From positions 5,394,001-5,458,000 of the forward strand of contig OX597825.1 in the NCBI GenBank assembly GCA_951406725.2: a stretch of 64,000 bases of DNA, written 5' to 3'. Every line of letters begins with the position of its first letter. Position 1 is the first letter of the stretch. The notes beneath the pieces were generated by a model, which saw only the letters and a program-made list of their open reading frames with translations, had not been told where the DNA came from and ran no database searches. Both the position numbers and the translations under genes were made by a program. Below, in pieces: positions 1 through 13,192 of this stretch. The stretch is from Octopus vulgaris (lineage: Eukaryota).

Positions 1-390
1 CTGGCACAATCGTTAGCACGCCGGACAAAGTGCTTAGCAGAATTTCATTCGTCTCCACGTTCCGAGTTCCAATTTTGCTGCAATCGATTTTTGCCATTAA
101 TCCGTTTGAGGTCGATAAAATAAGTATCGACTTACTCCCTCCCCGAACTTGCTGGTTTTAGACCAAAATTTGAAATCATTTCCAGAGCAACGAGCTAGTA
201 GTAGAATCTTTAGCGCACCGGACAAAACGCCGCTAAGCATTTTCTCCGTCTCAGACGTTCTAAGTTCAAATTTCCCCTAGGTCGACTTTACTTTTCATCC
301 TTTCGGGGTCAATGAAATACACAACAGTTTAACACAGGGCTCGACGTAACAGACTAACCCCTCCCACAAAACTTCAAGTTTTGTGTCTGT
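1..390 (+). mobile_element. Two adjacent diverged copies of tRNA-derived SINE family A (1-180, 188-390)
   Basis: Head ctggcacaatcgttagcacgccgg, B-box-like gagttc(a)aatt and body tttcatcctttcggggtc match the many better copies in the window. Confidence 0.75.
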
Positions 391-904
391 CTATAGTCTT
401 TTACTATATTTCCGTTCGCCGTGTATGGCAAGTACCAGCAGCAACGCCCCAGATTCGTGAGCAGTTCTCCGATGTGGATCACATTCATGGCTTGTAAAAA
501 CATCAGGAACATATCAGAGCTAAGTTATTTCCTAATCCTGAACGCGAAACCTAATCTTCCCATCCTTCATCTCACTCGCTTGCCCCTTGCCCCCCTCCTC
601 TACTTTCCCCTTCCTTTTCCGCACATCGAACACATACAAGGAATGCATTAACATTCCGATAATTTCTTCTCACAGCTAAAGGATTACTAACATTTAAATA
701 TGTGAAGGTGCCGGACCAATTACTAAACTGTATTTATTCTGGCTCTTTACTCACTGAGTTCGAATTCCAGTGTTGACTTTGCCTTTTTTTTTTCGGGTTA
801 CATGAAATAACTATTATATGTGCACTGGGGTTATTGAAAATCGAATAGCCCCTCTTTCCCCAAAATTTCAGGCCTTGTTCCTTAAGTAGAAAGGGTATTT
901 TTTA

Positions 905-1118
905 AGGCGGTGAGATGGCAAAAATCTTAGCACGCCGGGCATAAGGCTTAGCGGCATTTCGCCCGTCTTTATGTTTTGAGTCCAAACTCTTCCAAGGTCC
1001 ACTTTGCCTTTCGTCCTCTCGGGGTCTATAAAATAAGTACCAGTTGAATAGTAGGGTCGAGGTAATCGAATTATCCCCTCCCCTGAAATTGCTGGCGTTA
1101 TGCCAAAACTTAGAATCA
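905..1118 (+). mobile_element. SINE family A copy (a more degenerate copy lies at ~700-890)
   Basis: ggcggtgagatggcaaaaatcttagcacgccgggc...ctttgcctttcgtcctctcggggtc...aagtaccag. Confidence 0.8.
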
Positions 1119-1245
1119 CAATATTGTTGTTGTTGCTGTTGTTATTTTGGGTTTGCGTCGGCTCCTAAATGTTCACAGTCAAATGACTGACATAGGTAAA
1201 ATAATAGAAGAAGAATACGCAAAATATCTTTTTTTTATATATATA

Positions 1246-1638
1246 TCAGGCTGAGTAAAAATTAAGCAACGTTTTGAAACATGAAATTCATCACAATTTC
1301 AACAAAGAGGAAATCTTATTCATGAATGTACCATTGCAATCAACACATTTTTGCCAACGAGTTACAAGTTTGTTTATTCCAGTAACACAAAAATCTGGAA
1401 TTCTAGAGCTGATGGACACTTTGAACGCACTCTCAGCATCGGTTTGGTTTTTGAACTCCTTCTCTCTCGCAGGAAACCATCAAGGGGCTTGAAAAAGTGG
1501 TTGTCGGTAGGAGAAAAATCTGGGAAATAATCTGGGTGGGGAACAACTTTGTAGCGAAGTTCTGGAGCATCATTAGTGAAACGTATGGTCGAGCATTGTC
1601 GTGAAAAAATGATTGTCCCGCTTCTGTAGCAGTTTTCG

Positions 1639-1640
<2 letters not shown>
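1246..1640 (-). mobile_element. Mariner (DD34D) transposase 3' remnant with terminal repeat, embedded in (TA)n
   Basis: Minus strand encodes FFHDNARPY (1586-1603) and, after a frameshift, HPDYFPDFSPTDNHFF (HPPYSPDLAPSDYHLF motif); ends in a TIR-like sequence abutting TA at ~1246. Confidence 0.85.
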
Positions 1641-1692
<52 letters not shown>

Positions 1693-1693
<1 letters not shown>

Positions 1694-1890
1694 TTAATCC
1701 AAAGAAGAAAGCACAAAAAAGCACAACAATGCGAGGACGTGGAACAAATATAGTATTATTGGACGCTCAGAAAAGAAGGAAAGAAGGAGAGTTTAACGTT
1801 TCGAGCGGAGCTCTTCGTCGGAAACATAGGAGAAGGAAAGATCCAGAGAAGGGAAGACAGAGGAAAAAAAAATCGCCAACGGTACACACG
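1693..1890 (-). mobile_element. Short Penelope-like pLTR element family HB, with hammerhead-like motif at 1791-1825
   Basis: Near-identical copies at 26534-26740 and 44111-44325; minus strand reads gttt CCGACGA a gagc tcc gctc GAAA cg TT aaac. Confidence 0.7.
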
Positions 1891-1948
1891 TATGTGTGTG
1901 TGTGTGTGTGTGTGCGTGTGTGTATATATTTATATATATATATATATA

Positions 1949-2168
1949 TGTCTGTGTTTGTGACACCACCACCACCATCATCACTTGACAACCGATGCTG
2001 GTGTTTTTACGCCCCACCTCCCGTAACTTAACGGTTCGGCAAAAGAGGCCGATAGAATAAGCACTAGGCTTACAAAGAATAAGTCCTGGGAGTCGATTCG
2101 TTCGACTAAAGGCAGTGCTCCAGTATGGCCCGCAGTCAAATGACTGAAACAAATAGAAGAGTGAAAGA
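1949..2168 (+). mobile_element. SINE family B, 3' half
   Basis: cttgacaaccgatgctggtg...ggttcggcaaaagag...gtgctccagtatggcc.gcagtcaaatgactgaaac matches the full copy at 41472-41880. Confidence 0.85.
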
Positions 2169-2316
2169 ATACTATTGGAGTGAACAGGGCCATCACTATG
2201 TCTTCTTCTAACAATGGGACAGTGGGGGTGGGGGAGGAGGGGGAAGGGAGTTGTTGTCCGGAGACAATGAAACAACGCAAGTGTCCCATGCGGAGGTACC
2301 TGGCGTTTCGGTGAAT

Positions 2317-2572
2317 GACTACTACGGCTGCTGCTGCTGCTACTGCTGCTGATGCTGATGCTGATGCTGCTGCTGCTGCACCGAATGTTACGTCTCCTAC
2401 TCCTGCCGCCCCACCAGCTGAAGTTGTTACTGGTGCTGCTACTACTACTATTACTACTACTACTAGTATCTGCTACTACTATTACTACTTCTACTACTAC
2501 TACTTCTACTACTACTACTCCTACTACTACTTCTGCTACTACTATCACCACTACTACTACTACTACTACTAT

Positions 2573-2603
<31 letters not shown>

Positions 2604-2641
2604 GTTACTACTACTACTATTACTACTACTACTACTATCTG

Positions 2642-2679
<38 letters not shown>

Positions 2680-2726
2680 GTTACTACTACTACTATTACT
2701 ACTAATACTACTATCTGCTGCTACTG

Positions 2727-2784
<58 letters not shown>

Positions 2785-2840
2785 TATTACTTCTGCTACT
2801 ACTATCACCACCAGTACCATTACTACTGCTACAACTACTG
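2317..2840. repeat. Compound (GCT)/(ACT)n trinucleotide microsatellite
   Basis: Directly visible. Confidence 0.95.
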
Positions 2841-3057
2841 TTTCTGGTTTTGCTTGAGAGAAGAATGGCGGATTGTGTTGAGTTAGAAATCTGGAACTGG
2901 TCTGCGGCGGGATTCGATTTCACAAAAATATCTCGATTCCCTTTATTTATTTATTTATTCGCTTTTGTGACTTCTGTTACTCGTGACGTCGGGAAATGAT
3001 GAGAATAATAATACATGAACCCGACACACGGACACTGTCTTTCTTCCACTCCAGTGA

Positions 3058-3059
3058 TA

Positions 3060-3092
<33 letters not shown>

Positions 3093-3188
3093 GAAGAAGA
3101 AAGAGAAGGAGAAGAAGGAGAAGAAGAAGGAGGAGGAGGAGGAGAAGAAGAAGAAGAAGAAGAAGAAGGAGAAAAAGAAGAAGAAGAA

Positions 3189-3220
<32 letters not shown>

Positions 3221-3418
3221 AGAAGACGGAGAAGAAGAAGAAGAAGAAGAAGGAGGAAGAGAAGAAGAAGAAGGAGAAAAAGAAGAAGAAGAAGAAGAAG
3301 AAGAAGAAGAAGAAGGAGGAGGAGAAGAAGAAGAAGAAGTAGGAGGAGAAGAAGAAGAAGAAGAAGAAGAAGAAGAAGAAGAAGAAGAAGAAGAAGAAGA
3401 AGAAGAAGACGAAGAGGA
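3058..3418. repeat. (GAT)n followed by (GAA/GGA)n polypurine tract
   Basis: Directly visible. Confidence 0.95.
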
Positions 3419-3722
3419 CAAGGTGTTCAGTAAATATCTGAAGAAAACCAATACTGACATAGTTCAGAAGGAATGAGATATATCGGGGGGCAGGGGGCGG
3501 GGTGGGGGTGGAGGCTGAGCAAAATGGAGAATGAAGAGTTGTCAATGAAATGACAGAGAAGATGGCGAAGCAGAAGTGCTGGGTTTTTTTTTGTATTGGT
3601 TGTTTGATTTTTTTTGTATGTATTGATAGTTTATGTATGTTTTTGTGTTGTTATATTTCGTTGTTTCTTTGTTGTTTAGATTTCCTATTTCCCTTTTTTG
3701 TTTTGGTTTTGTCTATTTTCCC

Positions 3723-3932
<210 letters not shown>

Positions 3933-4278
3933 CCCTGAAACACATTTTTATGGCGGAGATGAATGGCGGACAGTGTAAAGAAAAGAAAGAACGAAGAAAA
4001 AGAAAGGAAGATGGAAAGAGAAAGGAAAAAGTGGAGGGGAGGGGTCAGATGTAACTGCATCTGAACGTTAACAGTTCAAAAGTGTAATGAATTGGTTTTT
4101 GCTATGAGGAGGAGGAGGTGGAGGAGTAGGAGGCGGAGGGGGACGTTTTGGATATTTTATCCATCGTTGTGAAATAGTTTGGCAGGGAATGAATGATTTG
4201 GATCTCTTTGAATAGGGGAGGTAACTGGAGAAATACATTTTCCCTTTCTTTCTCCACCGTCTCTCCTCCCATCTTCCG

Positions 4279-4314
<36 letters not shown>

Positions 4315-4780
4315 CCCTATCTACCCCCCCCCCCCCATATATGTCAATAATGCCAGCCACACACTCATCACTACTCCAATGGCTCATTTGTGGGAATCAT
4401 TGACATCTGCTGGCACAGGCTAACCGCTAATTATAATTATCTAAACATCTGGCCCAAATTTTAAATGGAAATTTCTTTTTATTCCATTATATTTTCTAAT
4501 ATATTTCTTCTACTTTTGCCCCCCCCTCTCCCCGCCTTTTTTTGCTTGTTTTTAAAAGAATTGTTTTCAAGAATTCTCCTTTAAAAATAACAATCCCTTT
4601 AACTCCCCAAAAGATCATTATATCATTTTAAATGTTTCCGGTAAAAACTTTTAGATTTTTGAAAGCTTTGTTTTTTTGGGGGTTTTTTTGGTTTTATTTT
4701 GGTTTGTTTTGTATGTCCTCGTTGGATATTGGCAGAGGCTTGCAAACTATGCTATTCATCAATATAACTAAAGCCTATAA

Positions 4781-5455
4781 GACGGTGAACTGGTAGAATC
4801 GTTAGCACGCCCGGCGAAATGCTTAGCGGCATTTTGTCTGTCTTTATGTTCTGAGTTCAAATTCCGCTGAGGTTGACTTTGCCTTTCATCCTTTCGAGGT
4901 CGATAAATTAAGAACCATTTGCATACTGGGGTCGATGTAATCGACTGGCCCCTCCCCCAAAATGTTGTGCCTTGTGCCTAGAGTAGAAATGAATATATTT
5001 ATTTACTAAGGCGGCGAGCTGGCAGAAACGTTAGCACGCTGGATGAAATGCTTAGCGGCATTTCTTCTGCCGTTACGTTCTGAGTTCAAATTCCGCCGAG
5101 GTCAACTTTGCCTTTCATCCTTTCGGGGTCGATAAATTAAGTACTAGTTACGCAATGGGGCCGATATAATCGACTTAATCCGTTTGTCTGTCCTTGTTTG
5201 TCCTCTCTGTGTTTAGCCCCTTGTGGGTAGTAAAGAAATAGGTATTTCGTCTGCCACTACGTTCTGAGTTCCCTTCTGGGTCGATAAATTAAGTACTATT
5301 AGCGTAAAGGGGTCAATCTAATCGACTGTCCCCTCCCCCAAAATTTCGGACTTTGTTCCTTGAGTAGAAAAAGATAGTTCTAGTTAGCACTGGGGTCGAT
5401 TTAATTGACTTATCCCCTCTCTGAACGTGCTGGCCTTGAGCTAAAATTTGAAAAA
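4781..5455 (+). mobile_element. SINE family A cluster: monomer 4781-4993, dimeric copy 5010-5372, fragment to ~5455
   Basis: ggcggcgagctggcagaaacgttagcacg head, gttctgagttcaaattccgccgaggtc B-box region, gcctttcatcctttcggggtcgataaattaagtac body. Confidence 0.9.
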
Positions 5456-6217
5456 AGGACTCAGAGCAAATACTAATTCAAGGCGTTTTGGTTCGACGCC
5501 CTTGACAAGCCACATAATAAATAATCGAAGTTAAATGCAAAATGAAGAGTTTTCCTCCAGGAGGATGACGTAGCGTGCTGTCCAGGACAGGAAGTGAACT
5601 CACAAACTTTCGGTTATGAACCGAACACTCCGCCCACAAACTACGAGGCTTTACGCCTCCACCTACTTACAAAATGAAAAAAAATGAATTATGTGAGTAC
5701 AAAATCTATTTCGTCATCTCGTTAATAAAGAGAGGAAAGGCAGCAAGGAGACAGAATTGTTGGCGAGTCGGACAAAAATGCTTAGCGGCATTTCTTCCGG
5801 CTGTGCATTCCGAGCGAACTATATTGGTTTCACAGCTGGAACAGATCTAATTTTTAACCCCAAATTCAGTCACGTTTCTATCCGTTAATCACACTGAAAC
5901 ATAATACCTGTAAGGAAAAGAAATACTTTCCCAATATCTCCACGTTTACATATTAACAAGAGATACAGTTTGCCAGACAAACAGGAAAGATTTTTAACGC
6001 CCAGTCTTCAAGAAATAACAGCCAAATCACTTTCAGATGTCACAATGCCGCCTTAAGAAAAAACACATTGGACAGTATTCCTTGAATGCAATTTTTGGAC
6101 GAGATGGAGGCGGACATTGCAGCAATGTATGATTTTAGCTATCTTCTATCAGAGCCAAGCTGAGACTAAGTTACAACTATATTTCGCGTGTGCGTGTAGA
6201 AACACACACACACACAT

Positions 6218-6251
<34 letters not shown>

Positions 6252-6280
6252 ATATAGTGGGGATTGGTCACATGAATGTA

Positions 6281-6375
6281 GACGCCTCTGATGAGAAGCC
6301 AATTAGATTCGAAACTCTATTAAGGTCGTTCATCGTTTCTTTCACCTTACGGAGAAATAGCTAAATTACATGCTT
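6281..6375 (+). ncRNA. Minimal hammerhead-ribozyme-like motif (family HA) in a pLTR-like repeat
   Basis: gacgcct CTGATGA gaagccaattagattc GAAA ctctat TA aggtcgtt; downstream sequence shared with 26371-26450 and 27223-27278. Confidence 0.6.
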
Positions 6376-6393
6376 ATATATCTCCTATATAAA

Positions 6394-6620
6394 GCGGCGA
6401 GCTGGCAGAAACGTTAGCACGCTGGGCGAAATGCATAGCCGTCTTGCGTCTGCCGCTACGTTCTGAGTTCAAATTCCGCCGAGGTCGACTTTGCCTTTCA
6501 TTCTTTCGGGGTCGATAAATCAAGTACCAGTTATGCACTGGGTCGATTTAATCGACTTAATTCGTTTGTCTGTCCTTGTTTGTCCCCTCTATGTTTAGTC
6601 CCATGAGGGTAATAAAGAAA
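6394..6620 (+). mobile_element. SINE family A monomer with 17-bp target-site duplication
   Basis: Full head and body; tatatatctcctatata at 6375-6391 and 6623-6639. Confidence 0.92.
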
Positions 6621-7904
6621 CATATATATCTCCTATATACATATCCCACACACACGCACACGCATTTATCATACACAAATTAGCTTAGAGAAATAACTCA
6701 GAATGCCCTGTGTCATGTACCTGGACAAAATAGGCAAACACGGCTATATTAAACGCCTTGCAACATAAATTCCTGATTTATCAAGAATTATATCCGCCTC
6801 TGGAGGATGTGTCATAATTATCAAATACTAAATTCCGACCAACTCCACATAAGAAGGGGAGATAACCTCAATAATCAAAGCTTCTCCAAAACTAAGATGC
6901 CATTGAAGAAATATAAAAGCTTATTGTCTCGAGACAAGGACATGCGTGCGCACGTGCTTCTGCGAAAATACGTGTCATCAACGCGATATTTGTCCAACGA
7001 TTTTTTGTCACCCGTAGCCAAGGGAATTTCTTCTATAACTAACAAGATTTTTTTCTCTTTCCTTGCTGTTTTTCTCGAGTTGGTCGTTGAGGTCGATGAG
7101 ATGCCTAGCAAAAAAAAAAGTCACAACTTTACCTAAGAAAAAAATCACATGCAAAATATTATATTTTACTTGAATGTTATAAACAATTAAAGTAATAAAA
7201 CAAAATATATTTTAGACCAGTTAACAGGTAGTACATACATCATTTATATACGAACATACTACACATATTTGAGAGAGGAAGAAAAAAACATTTATTCGAT
7301 TTTTTAAGCAAAGTAAAACAATGAAGCAAAAAATATCAGTCATTTCTTGACAATACATGACATGTACACATTGAAAACACCTTTCAGTGTCGTAGTATTT
7401 CATGTATATTCAGTATTTTTAATGTCGATGATTAAAACGAATATTGCAACCGACGCCTGGAAGATAATCTACATTAATCTTTTCTTTTTCTCCAGTCGAG
7501 CAATACACAAGTAATGAAGCCTTTCTCGTAGCAGTGAATTTTTGTTCAGTGACATTTTTTTACTCTGATTTTTATTCCTGGTTTCAATGGTGACGAGCTC
7601 AGCCATTCTCTTTCTACTGAATTCAGATTTTTAGTGAATATAGTGGCCATCTTGCACTTCAACTCCCTTCGGTGAATACAGTTCATATTTCTAATGAATA
7701 TAGTTGCCGTCTTGTACAAAAACTCCCTTTGGTGAATACGATTACAAGACGAACCAGATGATAGTTGTTGTATTAGTGTTGAGGGTATTAAAACACTCAG
7801 TGAATGGTCTGTATGTGTGTTTGAATGTAAGTTATCTGCACGTATTCATGTTTCGCATGCATGAGCTGAACTATCGTAATTCCGCTTTGAATATCAATAT
7901 GTAA

Positions 7905-8335
7905 GGCGGCGAGCTGGCAGAATCGTTAGCACGCCGGTCGAAATGCTCAGCAGTATTTCGTCTGCCGTTACGTTCTGAGTTCAAATTCCGCCGATCTCGA
8001 CTTTGCCTTTCATCCTTTCGGAAGTCGATAAATCAAGTACCAGTTGCGTACGGGGATCGATTTAATCGACTTAATCCCTTTGTCTGTCCTTGTTTGTCCC
8101 CTCTATGTTTAGCCCCTTGTGGACAATAAAGAAATAAGAAATGTTAGCACGCCGGGCGAAATGCTTGGTGGTATTTCGTCTGCCATTACGTTCTGAGTTC
8201 AAATCCCGTCGTGGTCGGCTGTACATTTCATCCTTTCGGGTTCGATAAATTAAGTACCAGTGGCGTACGGGGTCGATCTAATCGACAGGCCCCCTCCCCC
8301 AAAAGTTCGGGCTTTGTACCTAGGGTAGGAAAGAA
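7905..8335 (+). mobile_element. SINE family A dimer
   Basis: Full monomer followed by a second near-complete monomer after aaagaaataag. Confidence 0.9.
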
Positions 8336-8382
8336 AAGATTATTAGTATGTCTGTGTGTGAGTGTGTGTGTATATATACTCT

Positions 8383-8777
8383 CTTTACACTCTTTTACTT
8401 GTTTCAGTCATTTGACTGCGGCCATGCTGGAGCACAGCCTTTAATCGAGCAACTCGACCCCGGGACTTATTCTTTTGTAAGCCCAATACTTATTCTATCG
8501 GTTTCTTTTGCCGAACCGCTAAGTAACGGGGACATAAACACACCAGCATCGGTTGTCAAGCAATGCTAGGGGGACAAACAGACACACAAACACATATATA
8601 TATATACATATATACGATGGGCTTCTTTCATTTTCCGTCTACCAAATCCACTTACAAGGCTTTGGTCGGCCCGAGGCTATAGTAGAAGACACTTGCCCAA
8701 GGTTCCACGCAGTGGGACTGAACCCGGAACCATGTGGTTGGTAAACAAGCTACTTACCACACAGTCACTCCTGCGCC
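8383..8777 (-). mobile_element. SINE family B, full length (tRNA-like head, internal (TA) tract, stem-loop tail)
   Basis: Reverse complement: ggcgcaggagtgactgtgtggtaag...ggttcagtccc...accttgggcaagtgtcttc...cagcatggccgcagtcaaatgactgaaacaagtaaaagag. Confidence 0.9.
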
Positions 8778-9242
8778 TATATACTTATTCTTTTAATCTT
8801 TTACTCGTTTCAACCATGCTGGGGCACCACCATGGTCATTCTGATTTCCTCAGTCTTGGGTGTTTCACGTCACCACTCCTCTATGAGCCTTTGTCCCAGC
8901 TGTTGGCCCATTCGGTGTATAAGGGAGACATATGTATGTATATGGCTGTATAAGCGTGTATATATACATACATGCATACATAAGTCATTCATTGAAGCTT
9001 AACTGAATGAACTCAATGAAAAGAAGTTCTAAATGGAATTTTGTCCACTGAATGAAACTAGTGAATGAAACTAAAAACTAGAATGAAATAAAATACAAGC
9101 AATAAAGTTGTAACGAACCTGGGTGAAAAGAAAGAAGGAAAAAAGAAACGTAAATTTGAAATAAGGTTTTTGTGAAACCCATCCCATAATAAGTGTGTGA
9201 TGTGTCTGTATGTATAGGTGTGTGTGTATATATATATATATA

Positions 9243-9700
9243 TTTCTTTACTACCCACAAGGGGCTAAACATAGAGGGGACAAACAGGGACAGACAAAGG
9301 GATTAAGTCGATTACATCGACCCAGTGCGAAACTGGTACTTTATTTATCGACCCCGAGAAGATGAAAGGCAAAGTCGACCTCAGCGGAATTTGAACTCAT
9401 TCTTTTATTCTTTTTCTTGTTTCAGTCATTCGACTGCAGCCATGCTGGAGCACCACCTTTAGTCGATCCCAAGGTTTAGTCTTTGTAAGCCTAGTATTTA
9501 TTCTATAGGTCTCTTTTACTGAACCGCTAAGTTACAGAGTCACACCAGCAACGGTTGGTGCCACAACCTCAAAGGATTTTTAGTCGAAGACTTATTCTTT
9601 ACAAGCTTAACATCTACTCTATCGAACCGCTAAGTTACAAGGACATAAACACACCATCATCGTTTGTCACGTGGTGGTGGATGCACAAACACAGACACAA
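9243..9700 (-). mobile_element. SINE A fragment (9243-9399) abutting SINE B 3' fragments (9400-9700)
   Basis: Similarity to the full-length copies. Confidence 0.8.
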
Positions 9701-11209
9701 AGAGACACACACACACACACATACATATACATATATACATGGTCACAGCCGCATGGCTGAAAAGAATAATAGAATACCGACATATATACATGTGTATATA
9801 AATATCTATCCATACATACGTGTGCATATATATATATAAATGTATATACATACACACACACACACACTCATATATATATATATAAATGTATACACACACA
9901 CACACGTATATATACATGGTGGGGTGCGAGTATACTTGTCTGCGTGTGTTCACGCGCACGTGTTAGTATCGGGTGTATGTGTAGGATTGGGGTGCACGTG
10001 TGCGTGCGTGCATGTATGTATATGAGTCTCAATACATACTGAGACAGACGAGCAATAGATTGTAGAACGTAAAAAATGTAAAAAGAAGAAAAGGCACAAA
10101 ACGAAAAAGAAAAACGCAGACAAGGCGGGCAAAGAAAAATAAAGCGGTTAGTTGTAAAGAAGGACTTACAGATAGCCTGGGGTGAGTAAAAGCAAGTAGG
10201 TACTTTAACCCAATGGAAAGTAGTTAATAGTCAGTTTGTAGGGGGTAGGGAAAGAGCCGGGTTGTTGCAGTAGGGGACAGAGAGTGCTGTCTTGTTCACT
10301 CCATTCATCTCAGGATTTCGGTTATTCACGCTTAATACCAGCATTAATCTTTTAGTTTGTAACCCGTCGACATCGCTGACAGACAGACAGACAGACAGAT
10401 ACTTTAACGCAAACAATAGGGCACTGGCTTTAGTAGCTGTCCCTTTCTAACTCACTCCTAGAAAAATATTGTAATTTCAATTTTTTTCTTTGTAGTTTTG
10501 GGGGGTTTTTCTTCTTCCCTTTTCTTTTTGATTTCTTTGTTTTTGTTTTCAAAAGGGCCTAGGTCAAAACGCTGAGAAAATAGATTTCCCGCCAAAATTC
10601 ACGAGACAGACCACCTATACTGTTTCTTTTTGTCTTTTTTTTATTTTAGGGGGCTGGAATGTGCGTTGTTTATTGTCCGGGTTGTACAAAAAAAAAAGGG
10701 AAGGGGTGTAAGTGGAAAGGGTTTAACCGTCTTCGCCTGGGTCTTTCGAAGACGAAACACGTGGGAGACATTGTGTCTTTAAAGTACGTATTGTGTTTGC
10801 GAACATGTGAGTGTATGTGTATGTGAGAGACGGGCGGGTGTTTATGTGTTTGTGTATTTCCATCGCCGCATCTTAGGGTGGTTGTGATTATTTCCTTTTG
10901 TAAATTCTGCTTGTGTTTGCTCCTAAGGGTGGCGAAGGGTGGGAGCTTTGCTCCAATGTTTTTGTCTCCCTTTTACCATTTCCTTCTCTCTCGCTCGCTC
11001 TCTCTCTCTTTATGTAAAAGAAACTATAGTTTTAACATAGAAATACCTGAAATTCTTTTTATTCATTTGCTCTTCATAGGATATATTTATATATATATGT
11101 GTGTGTGTGTGTGTGCGTATGCCTATACACACACACATACACATATACACACACACTATATCTGTTTATGTTCTCTCACTATTTTTTAGTGATGTCCATA
11201 TATATTTAT

Positions 11210-11438
11210 ATTTCTTTATTACCCACAAGGGGCTAAACACAGAGAGAACAAACAAGGACAGACAAACGGATTGAATCGATTATATCGACCCCAGTACGTA
11301 ACTGGTACTTGTTTAATCGACCCCGAAAGGATGAAAGGCAAAGTCGACCTCGGCGGAATTTGAACTCAGAACGTAGCGGCAGGCGAAATACCGCTAAGCA
11401 TATCGCCGGGAGTGCTAACGCTTCTGCCAGCTCGCCGT
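11210..11438 (-). mobile_element. SINE family A monomer
   Basis: Reverse complement of head ...ctgccagctcgccgtc and body ccccgaaaggatgaaaggcaaagtcgacctcggcggaatttgaactc. Confidence 0.92.
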
Positions 11439-12109
11439 CTTTTTATATATGAATATAGATAGATAGACAGATAGACAGACAGACAGATAGATAGATAGAG
11501 AGAGAGAGAAAGAGAGAGAGAGAGATGAAGGTATTTAAACCTAGGCACATACACGCGGATGGACCAGTTCCTGAGATATGCAAATATAAACTCATTGAAA
11601 GATGTACATCTCGTCTGCATGCATGATTGCGTACATGCGTTCACATACATATACACACACACATACACACACATATTCAAGCACACTGACAGACATGTGA
11701 CATGAGCGGGTCCAGCCACGTGATATTTTCAAACCTCCTCTCTCTCACTCTCTCTCTCTCTTACCTTTATTCTTAATCCTTTCTCTCTTACACACTCACC
11801 ATCGGTGTTTTCATCCTTTTCCTTTACGTTTCTCTCGTCCCATCCCTTTCACAGTCATTCTGTCCATGGCGCACTTTGTAAGTGTTGAAGTGTTTCTCTC
11901 CGTGTGGTGTGCGGACGTGTGTACATCCAACTATTTATTCTCGTGTACTTGTTTGTTTCTTAGCTGTGGCGGTTTCCCAGCATGGCCACAACCTTTCGTC
12001 TGAAACGCATAAAAGAATATATATATATATATAGACGTGGTGTAGGGGGGCGTGAGTGTGTAGATACGTAGATAGATACTTAGACATATATATATATATA
12101 TATAAAAGT

Positions 12110-12275
12110 ATACAAAAGTGAGACATGAACGCAAAACATCCAGACAAGTGATACAAGAAAGGGACAACAAAACATCCGGACAGATGATACAAAGAAAACA
12201 AGGACGGGTCGTTCGGAGTTTTCTATCCTCAGTCGAGTTCCAGATTATCTTTGCAATTTCGGCTGGAACACATAT
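12110..12275 (-). repeat. Unclassified short interspersed repeat, related to 29609-29716
   Basis: rc cagccgaaattgcaaagataatctggaactcgactgaggatagaaaactccgaacgacccgtc versus cagccgaaatttgctatgatgatccggtttctgactgaagattaaaggcttcgaatgatccgtc. Confidence 0.6.
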
Positions 12276-12811
12276 ACGAAAGTCTGCATTTGTAACATAA
12301 TATATATGTACGTATTGGCCTTTTCGTTGCAAGATTCCCAGGTGGTAAAACCGTATGTTGAAACATGTTATATTTCGGGGTAGGGATAAATAAACATATG
12401 CACTATATATTCGTTCTCCACGCGTTTATTTCTGTGGGGTTTTTTTTTCTATTCGCAAAATATGCATTTCCTAAAAGACAGTAAAAAATCTGAAAATCGG
12501 CTATAATAATATAGCTTTCCAGTCTAATTACTATGATGTGGACAAAAAAAAAATTGGAGGAAAAATTTTACAGAGGTTTGAAAATCGAAAAAACTGTATT
12601 TTTAGATAATAGTGAGACAGAAATTTTTTGCGTTTAGCGGAGCGGGGTCGACTTTAAGGTGTGAAATTTATAGTTTCGCGTCTGTGAAATGACCTCTTCA
12701 TTGTAAGTTTCTAAATAAACAGAAATGTCTCATAAAATTAAATTGTATCAGCTTAAGGTTACTTTCGTCTCTTCATTGGTTGTTTGTTTTTATTATTTCT
12801 TAAATAATAAT

Positions 12812-12827
12812 AAAGAAGAAGAAGAAG

Positions 12828-12859
<32 letters not shown>

Positions 12860-13192
12860 GAAGGAGGAGGAGGAGGAGGAGGAGGAGGAGAAGAAGAAGG
12901 AGGAGGAGGAGGAGGAGAAGAAGAAGAAGAAGAAGAAAAAGGAGGAGGAGGAGGAGGAGGAGAAGAAGAAGGAGGAGAAGAAGAAGAAGAAGAAGAAGAA
13001 GAAAAAGGAGGAGGAGGAGGAGGAGGGGAAGAAGAAGGAGGAGAAGAAGAAGAAGAAGAAGAAGAAGAAGAAGAAGAAAAAGGAGGAGGAGGAGGAGGAG
13101 GAGGAGGAGGAAGAAGAAGAAGGAGGAGAAGAAGAAGAAGAAGAAGAAGAAGAAGAAGAAGAAGAAGAAGAAGAAGAAGAAGAAGAAGAAGA
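12812..13192. repeat. (GAA/GGA)n polypurine tract with ~60-70 bp higher-order units
   Basis: aaaagga(gga)n gaagaagaa ggagga (gaa)n block recurs about 3 times. Confidence 0.95.

Noticed and set aside
6807-7136. 109-aa non-repetitive ORF
   Set aside because: No recognisable motif; length compatible with chance
12200-12275. Hammerhead in the 12110/29609 repeat family (CTGAGGA/CTGAAGA ... GAA)
   Set aside because: GAAC/GAAT instead of GAAA, and stems cannot be closed consistently in both copies
12350-12660. Possible TTAA-flanked DNA transposon remnant (similar candidates at 19612-20010 and 37120-37460)
   Set aside because: Only one terminus-like end is visible; no TIR pair or TSD could be confirmed
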